A DNA stretch of 64,000 bases from Camelus dromedarius (Eukaryota). Shown here piece by piece: positions 53,100 through 64,000 of this stretch (position 1 is the first letter of the stretch; every line of letters starts with the position of its first letter). The position numbers and the translations under genes were made by a program. Location of the stretch: the NCBI RefSeq assembly GCF_036321535.1, contig NC_087447.1:40116001-40180000 (forward strand), written 5' to 3'. Below the pieces are notes generated by a model. It made no database searches. It was not told where the DNA came from and saw only the letters and a list, made by a program, of their open reading frames with translations.

Positions 53100-53957
53100 T
53101 GTTGGGGTTTTTTTTTCCCCACCCACACCAACAGCAATTCCAGGACCCCAGAATTCAACTCAGTTTTCACTCATCTACCCGGAGGGAACATTGGATCCCA
53201 CAGTTGTTTAAGGGCTCAGTCCCACCAGACTGCCCTCCACTCAGATGCCAATCGTAAGCCCATGTTGTCACCTGTGCTGCTGATGGACCGGCTAGAGAGA
53301 CTGGAGGTTCAAGGACCCACTCCTTGGGTTCGATTCATTTTCTAGAGTGGCTCGCAGAACTCAGAAACATCTTACTAAATAACGTGGGAGTAGTCAGAGG
53401 GAAGAGATGCTTAGGGCAAGGTGTGGGGGAGGGGCCTGGAGCTTTCGTGCCCTCTCCAACTGTGCTACCTTCCCAAATCTCCACATTTTCACCAACCCGG
53501 AAGCTCTCCAATCCCTCTCCTTTGCGTTTTTACGGAGGCGTCATTACAGAGGTATGATTCATTAAATCACTCACCATTGGTGACCGAACTCAATCTCCAG
53601 CCCCTCTCCCCTCCCAGGAGGTCAGAGGGTGGCGCTGGAATTTCCAGCCCTTTAATCACAGGCTTGCTTCCCCTGGCAACCAGTCTCCTCCCACCCGTAG
53701 GTGCTTTCCCAAAGCCACTTCATTAACATGAACTCAGAAGCAGCAAAGAAGCTTGTTATGAATAACAAGACACTCATTTCACCTTTATGGCTCTGAATCT
53801 GAATTTCAAGAAGCACAGACAAGAGGCCAAATGTCATAACAAAAGATGCTCATATTGCTCTCATCACTCAGGAAATTCCAAGGGTTTGGGGAACCCTGTG
53901 CCAAAAAGGGGAACAAAGACCAAATATAATAAATTTTTATAATAAATCAATATCGCA
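53100..53957 (-). mobile_element. MER21-like solo LTR
   Basis: Minus strand begins TGCGATATTGATTTATTAT...TTTGGTCTT...AACCCTTGGAATTTCC, resembling the MER21 5' end, and ends in CA. Confidence 0.7.
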
Positions 53958-54338
53958 GTATCCCTTTTTAATAAATGAATATCACAGGTGATTACAGAGA
54001 ATCACAAGCAGGTGGTCCTATTTCAACAGACCACCTCCTCCTAATCCCATTTCTTTTTATCAGGTCTTCCTACAGCCCTGAATTTCCCCCAGCCCCAGAT
54101 ACTGCTGTTTATTTTGCTTAACTCAAGGCATTTGTCTTGCTAGCAGACTTAACCATGGTCGTCAGCACCTGTGGGAATTCCCCTCACATTCTCTTACCAC
54201 ATGCTCAAGCCTTATAGTGATTTGGCAAAGTTGTCAAATATCTGTTTGACTAAAAATCTTGGGTTTCCATTCAATACTCCCTCATTTTAGTTCTACATTA
54301 GACCTTTGTGGAAATGGTCAAAAATGGCCATCAGTCTC

Positions 54339-54543
54339 TAGTATTTCTTAATGGGGGTGAGTTGCCCCGCCAGGGGCATTTGGCCAACTGCGGAGATGTT
54401 TCTGGTTGCCACAGCTAGGGGTGCTGCTCATGTCTAGTGGGTGGAAGCCAGGGAGGCCGCGAAGCACCCTGCAGTGCACAGGACAGCCCCTGAGGCACAG
54501 AATTATCTGGCCCCAGATGCCAGTCATGCCGATTGAGAACCTG
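54339..54543. mobile_element. MER20-like hAT MITE
   Basis: catttggc...tctagtgggtggaagccaggga...gcacaggacagcccc...agaattatctggcccca. Confidence 0.85.
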
Positions 54544-54556
54544 GCTCTAGTCTGCT

Positions 54557-55159
54557 TGAAGGAGAATTAATAAAATGGCCACACTTAGGCTAACAGATTG
54601 CTTATTCTTTAATTCTTTATTCTTTATGCTTTCCCTTAGAACAATCAACAAACCTGACCAACCGTTACTACCCACAGCTCCAGGCCCACTGTTACAACTA
54701 AAGCTATTGATCTTACCGTTTCTACTTTATTCCAGTAATCGAAAGTAATAATCATGCTTGGTCTCCGAGTCCTTCTCCAAGGAGAAGGTCACAGGACTGT
54801 GACCTTACAAAAAATAGCCTGCAGTACCAAGAAGACCACACCTTGGGTGCTTATAAGATAAAGAGATGAAAAGAGTGACAGCCACTAGCCTCTATAGCCT
54901 TGGTCATCTGGAGACATCATGATGCCCCTCTGAGTCTTATGAGAAGAAAATAAATCTGTTGATTGTTATCAATGCTTTGTTGTTTGAGCTATGGCTATAT
55001 AATCACCCTGCCCCATCCCCAAGGTGGGTTCACAGCTTGAAGGTACTAGCCTGCTGTGAGTCCTCTTTGCCTGGCAAAGCAATAAAGCTGCCTCTTTTCT
55101 TCTAAGCTCCAAGATCTTGTCTCTGGGTTATTGGGCTCATCAGGGATATTTTGGCAATA
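54557..55159 (+). mobile_element. Solo LTR, ERV1-type (603 bp), antisense to MICAL2
   Basis: Starts TG, ends ggcaata (CA to TA decay); 4-bp TSD tgct at 54553-54556 and 55160-55163; TATATAA at 54996-55002; AATAAA at 55081-55086. Confidence 0.85.
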
Positions 55160-56326
55160 TGCTTCCGTGGTCCTAAATTGCTCAAATCATTCTCCTCCTT
55201 CCTGACCCGCTTTTCATGTTCACAAAATGCCAAACCACCCTCAGGTTAAACATGGTCCTGGATTTTTATATCCAGACTTACTGTTTTCTCAAACCATCAG
55301 AATGGCCTTATAAACTCTAACAATAACATTCAGGTTGGCAGCTTAAAACTTCTCTGTTCAATATTGGTTATTGATTGCTGGGGGCGGGGAGTGGGTGTGT
55401 AAGGCAAGAGGGGAAAGGAACACCGGGTGCACAGCCAGTGGGAAGGGCCCGAGCTTGGGGGACCACACATCCTGAGTTCTCTAAGATCAGTCCTAGTTCA
55501 GGGAGGGTGCTCTGTCCTCAGAGAAGGTGCCCTCCCAGGCAGGCATCTGTGGCCTGCAGCCCTTGAGCAGGGCAAGCTTGAAAAGCAGACCTATCCCCAG
55601 CCCAAGAGATGCCACGTGGGACCACTCTGCCCACAACCCATGGTCTCAAATTAGTACAGTTAGTCCAAATCAGTATAACCTTTGCACCAATTAACCGTGG
55701 GGCTGGGGTGGAGGTGATAAAGCGTTTCCTGGCAACAGGGTTCCTCTCTCAATCTGATGAGATTCTTCCCTGAAAAACATGTTAACGCTTCTAAATTTAG
55801 AATTCAGAGAAGCATGGTTTTGTACCTTGACAGGTTGGGAAAAACCGACTTTACTGCCTAGTCAGTGTGCTTGAAAGTTATGAGAAGAGATGGAGTCCTC
55901 CTTCTGGACTATTATACTTCATGGTAAACCATCAATAGTATAAAAATGGTTCCCTTAGTTGGACGAAGTATGAAAGTGCTTAGCACCATGGCTTGTACAC
56001 TGGCAGGTGCTCAATAAATGTACCTTGATTTTTTTTTTGTCATTTCCATGGCATTTTACATATGAGTCCCCTCCCAGCCCTTACAGCGATGCTCCGAGAG
56101 GTTCTATTATCCACACTGACAGTTGGGAAAACCAAGGTTCAGGGAGAATTCAATAGCTGTTCTCTAAACACTCAGCCTCAGGCACAGCAGGGTGGTCTGC
56201 CTTTGTATCAAGACCCACCCCCTTCAGCTTTGGCATCTGCCATTTGGCCTTTTCTCCACCTCCTTCCCGATACACTCCCTCCTACCCCTGACCCCCATCC
56301 TCAGCCCCAAGAAGAAGAGTCTTCAC

Positions 56327-56428
56327 CTTCCAGCATGTTCCTGCGGCCATCGGCACCAATGATAACATCAAACTCAAACTCCGACAGGAAGTGGTCTGCA
56401 GGAAGAAATTCTGCCCGCCAGCCAATTT
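56327..56428 (-). CDS. MICAL2: MICAL2 exon ([34 protein letters not shown]), 102 nt
   Basis: Flavoprotein DG motif (GADG); cag/GT boundaries; phase 1 to 1. Confidence 0.95.
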
Positions 56429-57780
56429 CTGCCAGGACAGAAAAATGAGATGAGTTGGCAGTGAGAGATGGGAGGAGGGAGTGATTACACCCTCTCTGTG
56501 TTGACCGTGAGGAAGGGAAAATGTCACCAGGTTTAGGCACCCCAGACAGAACCTCCAGTGGAAAGACCCAAACCGCTTGGATTCACACTTGAATCTGCAG
56601 TCCTTCTGGCTTTAGTTTCTGTTCAATCCAGAACAAGGTAAACCAGCAGTGCCAATTCCATGCCTGGTTTTACTTATTTCTTTAAAGGCTGGGAGTCTAT
56701 CTGCAACGAATCTCAACATGAAGTCTCACCTGCACCTTATTTATCTCAACAGATTCCACTGTGTTTTCTTCGTATCCCCCATGTTCCTCACCGCCCTCCC
56801 ATTGCTAAACAGACCCAAAAGGATGTGCATGGTGCAATGAAACCAGTTATCACACTTAACCAATTCTGTTGGGCAATACACAATCACTCATGAAACCTCT
56901 TTCAGGTGAATCCTTGCTGGTTACCTACAGCTAAGACTTAACATCCACTAGGGGTCTGAGAAAGGTTAAGAGCATGCAGGTCTCAAAGTTAAATTACAGA
57001 TGCTGTCCTGCCACAAAAGCCAACTAGCACCACCCCTCAATGCTCGACATTCTGGGCAGAGGACTGGAGAAACTGGAGTTGTAACCTCCGTGTGAAACTA
57101 TGAGGTCTCTGACGCTAAGTTCGACCAAAAACTGAAAGCCCTGCCCAGCAGCAGAAGAGTCTGGTAATAAGTAAGATAAAGGAACAAACTCTCTGACCAG
57201 TGTATATAAAAGAACAGAATTTATACAAATATCCTAAAAGGAACAAGAGAAAAATTACTAAATAAGACATACCTACAATGGATGAATTTTATGGTTTGTA
57301 AATTATTTTTCAATGAAGCTTAAAAATATTCTATACCAAATAATATTTTGAACACTTATTTCATATATGCTCTAGAAACTTCCCTTTCTTTACTGGATTT
57401 TAAGATATCATATGGGTACAAGTGTATCTACATATTTATGTATGTACACAGCTTGAAGAGCACATGAATAAACTTTATCAGACAATCAACTCTATGCCTT
57501 CTCTCCTACTTACTACCTAGACTTCACTTGTCAAAGTACTGCCTCCTAATGACTGGGTAACCAAATTACAGGTTTAATGGCTTAATTAATCCCCTGAGAG
57601 CTGAAGAGCAAACCCAAAGTATCTGACAGCAATGGTCCAAAAAGTTAAAATAGCCTCTGATGGAATTATGTCACAGCTCCCAGTAAGAATTATTCTTATA
57701 GAAACATTCTCTGGGAGCTGCAGTGTGACTTCCATTTTGCAATATCTGACTTCTAGACCAAAAGGAAAATTATACTGTAC

Positions 57781-57897
57781 TTTGATTTTCTTGATCTTCA
57801 GGAGGCTCTAGAACCTTCACAAACTCCACATTCACATGGATTTCAACCCCCAATATCAAGGCCACCTTGAATAGGATGAGCTGCAACTGACGAATAC
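57781..57897 (-). CDS. MICAL2: MICAL2 exon ([39 protein letters not shown]), 117 nt; absent from ORF track
   Basis: Read manually; cag acceptor at 57898-57900, GTACAG donor; phase 1 to 1. Confidence 0.95.
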
Positions 57898-58009
57898 CTG
57901 TTAGAAGGGAAGGGGGAAGAGACAAACTGTCAGCAGCAATGTCTGAGTGCCTCCTGTATACAGAATACTATATAATCACTGCTCAATGATCTCTGAGCAT
58001 AGCAATACA

Positions 58010-58506
58010 CAAGCATACCTCGTTTTACTGTGTTTTGCTTTATTGTGCCTCTCAGATAGTGCATTTTTTACAAATCGAAGATTTGTGGTAACTCTGCATC
58101 AAGCAAGTCTACTGGTGCCATTTTTTTCCTGACAGCATTTACTCATTTTGTGTCTGTGTCATGTTGTGGTAATTCTAGCAATAATACAAACTTTTTCATT
58201 ATACTTGTTATAGTGATCTGTGATTAATGATTTTTGATGTTACCATTACAAAAATATTACAACTCACTAAAGGCTCAGGTTATGTTAGCATTTTTTAGTG
58301 ATAAATTTAAAAAATTTAAATTTTAATTCCTTTAAGTTAAGGAACGTACTTTTTAGACATTATTATACATATACACTGAATAGACTACAGTATAGTGTAA
58401 ACATCACTTTTATATGCACTGTAATTCATATAACTCGCTTTACTGTGATATTCACTTTATTGCAGTGGTCTGGAACCGAACCGGCAATTTCTCCAAGGTA
58501 TGCCTG
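58010..58506. mobile_element. Tigger1-derived non-autonomous element
   Basis: TIRs caagcatacct / aggtatgcctg followed by TA; Tigger1-type internal sequence. Confidence 0.85.
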
Positions 58507-59114
58507 TACAGATAACGATCATTACTGAGCACCAGTTCTGTGCCAAGCGCTCTGTATTCTCTCATTCAACCCTTACAGGGGCCTTTGGGGATAACTATTC
58601 TCATTTTAGAAATGAGAAGTTGAGGCTCAACAAGGCTAAGTGACTTGTTCAGGCTCACACAGTAGCAAAACTAGAATGTGGACCCAGACCCATCTGATTC
58701 CAAGACTAGGCTCTAGCTGTCAGATCATGCTATAATGATGGTGGCTCTCTCTTTCCTGCCTCCTTCCAGAGCTGGGTTGTGGGTTTGATAAGATAAAGAT
58801 AGAAAGAAAAGTAAGCAGAGAGAGAGGAAAGGGCCAGTGGGCAAAGTCAGAGATCAAATGGCTCACCCTGAGGGGGGCTCTGCCTGAACTCTCAGCCATC
58901 CAGGGTAAGGGTGGGGTGGGGAATCCTCCCCATAAAGCTGGGCTGGTGGTTTCCCACCTCCTAGCCCCTCTCCTAAACTGCCCCAGTGAGTGTCCCCTTG
59001 TTTCTCTATTTCATTCCCTGCCATTGAGCACAAAAGGGTATGCCTTCAAATATATTTCTGCAGAGCACGACGTTTCAAATGTTCTGTGAGTCCTCTGTAG
59101 TCTGTGGGTTTTGC

Positions 59115-59420
59115 TCATTTAACATTTACTGAACATCTACACTGTGCCAGGTGCCATGGTAGGCCCAGGAGATACGAAAAACACCAATGGAGGAAACGTG
59201 AGTAAACGGAATGGGGCAGGGCCTGATGGTTGGGGGCAGCGGGGTCTGGGCTGCAGTCTGAAAGCCAAGAGGGGAGGGACCAAGCATACCAGATCCCATG
59301 CGGAGATTGAGAATATGAAGACTGCAAGGGGCCAGGGCACTGGAGGGTTAGGAAGCTTCTGGAGAGAATCTCTAGCCCAGCGGTGGGGGAGAAATCAGAC
59401 CACAGTGGAAGCTGGGATGA
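59115..59420 (-). mobile_element. L2 fragment
   Basis: tcatttaacatttactgaacatctacactgtgccagg, the L2 3' end reversed. Confidence 0.6.
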
Positions 59421-61631
59421 GTGAGAAGCACAGGCAAAATCTATGTTGCCTCTTTCTAGAATAAATACTTTGACGTAAAGAAAAGTAATGGGCAAGATCA
59501 GAGGACTGGAGGGGTTGGGGCAGGTAAAAAGGAGGGAAGGAAACCAAGAGGGACCAGAACTGGAGAGGAAGTGGCCAGCTCTGCCTCCCTCTGACAGTGG
59601 GTTGGGAGGAAGGAAGGAGTACTTGGGGAGAGGCGAGTGCAGGAGGAAGGAGAGGTGCTGGAAGGGGAGGGCCTACCAGTGGCTCCTCTTCCCCAGAGCA
59701 CTGAGGGAGGCCATCTGCTCAGAAGGAGGCAGCTGTGGTGGAGGCGTGGATCAGCCACAGTGGGAACTGGAGGAGGATGCTGACACAGGATGAACTGAGA
59801 ATTGCTGAGCAATGCTGAGGACCAGGTCACAGCTGGGGCTGCAGAAAAGAATCCAACCCACCTCCTGCGTGGAAACAAGCCTTGGCAGACGCCTGGCCTC
59901 TCCTCACAGTCTCAAGGTTCCTAGTCTGTCTGGTTTGGGCACACAGCAGGTACTCAGTTCTTCCCGCCTCCCTTCTCACAGGTGTTGGAGCTGCCCTTGA
60001 CGTTGATCTCTCTAAAGGTTTGATCCTCAGTTCCAGAGTCCTGCCAGTGTTTCCACACATGGGGCTATTTTCAAGGACTAGGGGTTAAGTGGGAGCCCCA
60101 TCAATGGGGCAGCGAGGGGCTCCCGACCAGGAGGGCAGCCTGACAGCCCTGGGGCCCTCTGGAGGCTGCTGGTGCCCAGCTCTGAGTCTCAGGAAGGCTG
60201 GAGGGAAAAGTGGTGCTTACGTTGTCATTCTAAATGGGTGAAACCAACATACTTTCTTCCGTGGTGGTAAAGAATATCTGGAAAGCTGACACTGCAGCTT
60301 TCTGGGCAAATCCAAATTTCTTTCCAATGGACTCTTAGAATTTTCTCATCCCAGTGCAGGGATAAACTCTGGGCCACTGCTGTTAAGTTCTCCTGTATCT
60401 GACTAAATTACACCCTGTGTGGCTGCTAATACTCTCCAGTCTTTCCCTCACCAACCTCATACCCTTTTCCCATCAGTTCCTGTCCTCATAAGAACATGGC
60501 TCTTAGAGTTCACCTTCCACTCACTGGTTAAGAGACCACAGCTCTGAACTCTGAGTTGGGGACCCTGGCTGCTGCTTGCTCACTGGACACAACTGGATGC
60601 AAAGCGTTTCCTGAGTCACCCACTATAACCACGTTTCACACTTGACCTCATTTAATCATCGCAGCCCTCCTGGTAGGCAGGCATCAATCACATTTATGGG
60701 AAACAAAATTGAGGCTTGAGGAAGGTAAGGAATTTGACCTGTCACACAGAGAATGGACAAGACAGATTTTAGATCCAAATCTGTTCAAACCTTGAACTCC
60801 CCCACAAAGTATTAACTTCCCTGACTTTTATGGGTCATGACTGTTACATATAAAATGGCTGAAGACCTCCTCCCTGCAAAGCACTGAGGAGAGAGGCTGC
60901 TCTTCCAAATCCTGTCTGCATCTGCACAGATCCTGCCTTGAGAGACCCAGGAGGAGGCATTGATGCTCACCTGGTCCTCCTTAAGCATCCAGGGATAGTC
61001 TAGGACCTGAAATCCACATTCTCAATTCCCCTCCTTTTCTGGGTAAACACCCATCATAATGGCCTCTTTTTAGAGCTCAAGGAAACTTGGTGTAGGATCT
61101 GTGTTATTCCTCTGTTCTGAAACCTGCCATGATTGCCCAGAACAGGTAATACGATGTCCAAACTCCTTTGCCTAAGAGGCACTCAACATTGAATGGTTTT
61201 ATGTGGCTCCCCCTTCTAAGCTCCCCTGGCAAGTCTGACTGCTCTATTAAACCACGTTTTATTATTGACAAAACCTCAGTTGAGTTCTCTGACAGTGCAG
61301 ATGTGTTACTTACCTCTCCCCTCTATTTTCCATATTTCATTCATTCATTCAACAGAAGTCTATTAAGCATCCACTATGTGTCAAGCACTCTCTTACTCCC
61401 TGGAGATACTCTGGTGAATAAAACACACCATGATCCCTGGCCTCACTGTGCTTCCAGCCTAGTGGGGCACAGCACAGGGTCTGGCACCAAATGTCTGCCA
61501 GCTGGATGTGTGGAGCCCCCAGGAACTTGTAAGATGGACCATTCTGGGGCTCCTCAATGTAGAGATATGCCCCCCACCCAGGGTCAGCCCCCTCCCAGCA
61601 TGAGGTGCCAGCCCCTACTGGCGCTACTCAC

Positions 61632-61839
61632 TGATGTGGTCGATGGAGCCAGCACAGAACTTCCCGTAGAACTTCTTGGCTCCCAGGCCTCGCAGGTCAT
61701 GGATTGTGAAAGGCCAGAGGTGCAGCACGTTGTTTCGGGAGAAGGTGTCCCTCTTCTCCACCACGACCACTTTGGCCCCTAGGTAGGCAAGTTCAATGGC
61801 AGTGCGCAAACCACATGGTCCTCCCCCAATGATGAGACA
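61632..61839 (-). CDS. MICAL2: MICAL2 exon, monooxygenase FAD-binding GxGxxG ([18 protein letters not shown]...GSIDHI), 208 nt
   Basis: cag acceptor at 61840-61842; A|GTGAGT donor; phase 0 to 1. Confidence 0.96.
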
Positions 61840-62259
61840 CTGTGGAGGTGAGAGAAGAGAGAGACACTCAGTGAATTCTACCTTGGAGAGAGAAACTCCC
61901 AGTTGGCAGCATAACTGGGGAGCAAACCCCCATCCACTCAAATCAACCATCAAGTGCAAACCAATCACCTGCTAAGACCTGCCATTCATCCAGCCAATGT
62001 ACATTATTTGTGGGCCTACCAAGCACCAGGCACTGTGTCAAACCCTGTGAGGGACTAGGAGGTAAGAGGACTTGGGGAAGGCACAATAAGATACACATGA
62101 GGTTCAGAGTCTGACTGAACTGGCTTAAATCAAAGCTCTGGCATTCAAACTCTTAGTTTCCTCATCTGTGAAATGGGTCTACTACTCTTTCTTCATAGTT
62201 ATTGAAATAAGATTGCTTTTAAAAAGGTTTTGGTGTATCTTTGTGTTCTGGACTAGTCA

Positions 62260-63315
62260 ATGGTTTCTTAGATAGGACATCAAACATACAAGCAACAAAA
62301 GAGATAAACTGGACTTCATCAAAATTAAAAACTTTTTACACTTCAAAGGCCACTATCAAGAAAAAGGCAACCCACAGATAGGAGAAAATATTTGCAAATC
62401 ATATATCTGATAAAAAACTAGTCTCCTCAATGTATCAAGAATTTTTCAACTCAACAATAAAAAGACAACTAACCCAAGTAAAGAATGGGCATGTGATCTG
62501 AACAGACATTTCTTCAAAGAAGACATACAAATGGCCAATAAGCACATGAAAAGATGCTCAACATCATTAGCCATCAAAGAGATACAAATCAAACTCACAG
62601 TGAGATATCTCTTCATACCCACTAGGAGATATCTCTTCATATCCACTAGGACGACTACAATCAAAAAGACAGACAAAAACAAGTGTTGGTGAGGATGTGG
62701 AGAAACTGGATCCCTCAGTCATTGCTGGTAGGAACGTAACATGGTGTAGATGCTTTGGAAAAGTTTGGCAGTTCCTCAAAAAGTTAAACATACAGTTACC
62801 ATATGAGCCAGCAATTATACACCCTAGAGAAATGAAAACATGTCCACTCAAAAATGTGAACACAAATGTTCATGGCAGCATTTTTCATAATAGCCAAAAA
62901 ACAGAAATAACCCAAGTCCATTAACTGATGAATAAACAAAATGTGTCATATACACAATGGAATATTATTCAGCTATAAAAAAGGAATGAAGGGTTGATAT
63001 AAGGATAAACTGCAAAAACATTATGCTAAGTGAAAGAAACCAGACACAAAAGGACACATGTTGTATAATTACATTTATATGAAATTTTCCAGAACTGGCA
63101 AATCCATTGAGATAGAAAGCAGATTTGTTGTCACAAGGGAATGGGGGAAGGGGATTGGAGAGTGACTGCTAATAGGTATGGGGTTTCTTTTTATGGGGAT
63201 AAAATGTTCTAGAATTGGTGGTGGTGCTGCAAAACTTTGTGACTATATTAACATCATTGAATTGTATACTTTAAAAGGATAAATAGCATGGTACGTGAAT
63301 TATATCTTAATAAAA
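62260..63315 (+). mobile_element. L1M (L1MB-like) ORF2 3' end and 3' UTR, degenerate
   Basis: aaactggacttcatcaaaattaaaaac; aagatgctcaacatcattagccat; atggaatattattcagc; ends tatatcttaataaaa. Confidence 0.9.
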
Positions 63316-63555
63316 TATTTGCATGAGAAAAAAGATGTATGGTACCAAGTTTGGCACTCATTAGTGTTGCTGTCGTAATTTTTATTGCTGAGACCTTGTC
63401 CTTGTCTTCTAGAAATTCAGTCTAGTGGTAAATTCAGAACTGTGAAATAAATAACTAGAATCCTATGTGCTTAGTTCTATTTGGAGCCCAGAAGAAGAAA
63501 TCTAATCCAACTTAGTAAACTGGAAAAGCCTTTGCAGAGAAGGTCTTTAAAAACT

Positions 63556-63622
63556 ATCATCATCATCATCACCACCGCCATCACCACCACCATCATCATC
63601 ACCATCACTATCACCATCATCA
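63556..63622. repeat. Imperfect (CAT/CAC)n trinucleotide repeat
   Basis: catcatcatcatcaccaccgccatcaccacc...; abuts a MIR tail. Confidence 0.9.
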
Positions 63623-63624
63623 CA

Positions 63625-63838
63625 GCCTACATTTGTTGAGCACTTTTGATGTGCCAGTCACTGCTTTATGTGTTTTAGCTCTTAATCCTCACAAGAAATC
63701 CAAGAGGAAGGGACTATTATTATCCCCAGTTCACAGATGGGAAAACTGATGCACAAAACAGCTAAGTAACTGGCCCATGGTTTCAAAGACTGAAAAGAAC
63801 AGAACTAGGATTCAAGCCCAGGTGGTCTTACTCCAGAA
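63625..63838 (-). mobile_element. MIR SINE
   Basis: ttaatcctcacaa...tattattatcccca...cagatgggaaaactga...ggattcaagcccagg. Confidence 0.85.
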
Positions 63839-64000
63839 CACACCACAGTGTACTGCTGCTGGTTTGCCAGGAATAAAAAGAAAGAACATTTAAGCGGAGA
63901 GATTGCCCATTCAAAGAGAAAGAAGTTCAAGGTGGATGGAAAGAAGGATACTTTGGGGAAAGGAAGTGAAATGAGGGAAAAGAGATAAGGATTATTTTGG

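Larger units (their letters stand above)
7668..61839 (-). other. MICAL2: MICAL2 gene body (5'-partial; first coding exon and promoter beyond 64000; 3' end approximate)
   Basis: 23 exons splice in frame (3042 nt incl. stop) into a MICAL-family protein: GxGxxG flavoprotein monooxygenase, calponin-homology and LIM domains, ending in the MICAL2-type tail FSLPVLHPLLG. Confidence 0.97.

Noticed and set aside
4640..60620. About a dozen scattered TGA(C/G)TCA AP-1 motifs and several near-CArG boxes
   Set aside because: Not clustered and not clearly above chance; the CArG-like sites I checked have the wrong A/T spacer length
61168..61782. 204-aa plus-strand ORF
   Set aside because: Made of an L2 fragment plus the antisense of a MICAL2 exon; non-ATG start and no recognisable domain
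62446..62924. Short ORFs in the L1 region
   Set aside because: Broken remnants of L1 ORF2 or its antisense strand
63556..63622. Poly-His coding tract
   Set aside because: Intronic simple repeat next to a MIR tail, antisense to the gene and not in a supported ORF
1..64000. CRISPR-like array, prokaryotic operon or other novel multi-gene system
   Set aside because: No regularly spaced repeats and no long unexplained ORFs; the remaining short ORFs are what GC-rich mammalian introns produce by chance

Overview
Mammalian genomic DNA, probably a camelid (Vic-1-like tRNA-Ala SINEs; no Alu, BovB or PRE-1 seen). The window holds most of MICAL2 (F-actin methionine monooxygenase) on the minus strand. 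I traced 23 coding exons from 61839 to the stop at 8947. All introns are GT-AG and the phases join into an open 3042-nt frame covering the FAD monooxygenase, CH, NLS/linker and LIM regions. The first coding exon lies beyond 64000. A 3' UTR intron, a terminal exon and an AATAAA signal (7686-7691) close the gene. The rest is intronic or intergenic sequence with L1, L2, MIR, DNA-transposon and LTR relics. I found no new multi-gene system, CRISPR array or true RNA gene. The most interesting signals are in splicing: (1) three alternative C-termini chosen at one donor, (2) a stop-containing 58-nt exon flanked by QKI/RBFOX-type motifs, (3) a MIR-derived exon whose donor appears deleted, and (4) a candidate 6-nt microexon inside the bipartite NLS. 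Comparisons with human/mouse MICAL2 and repeat consensus sequences are from memory and were not computed.
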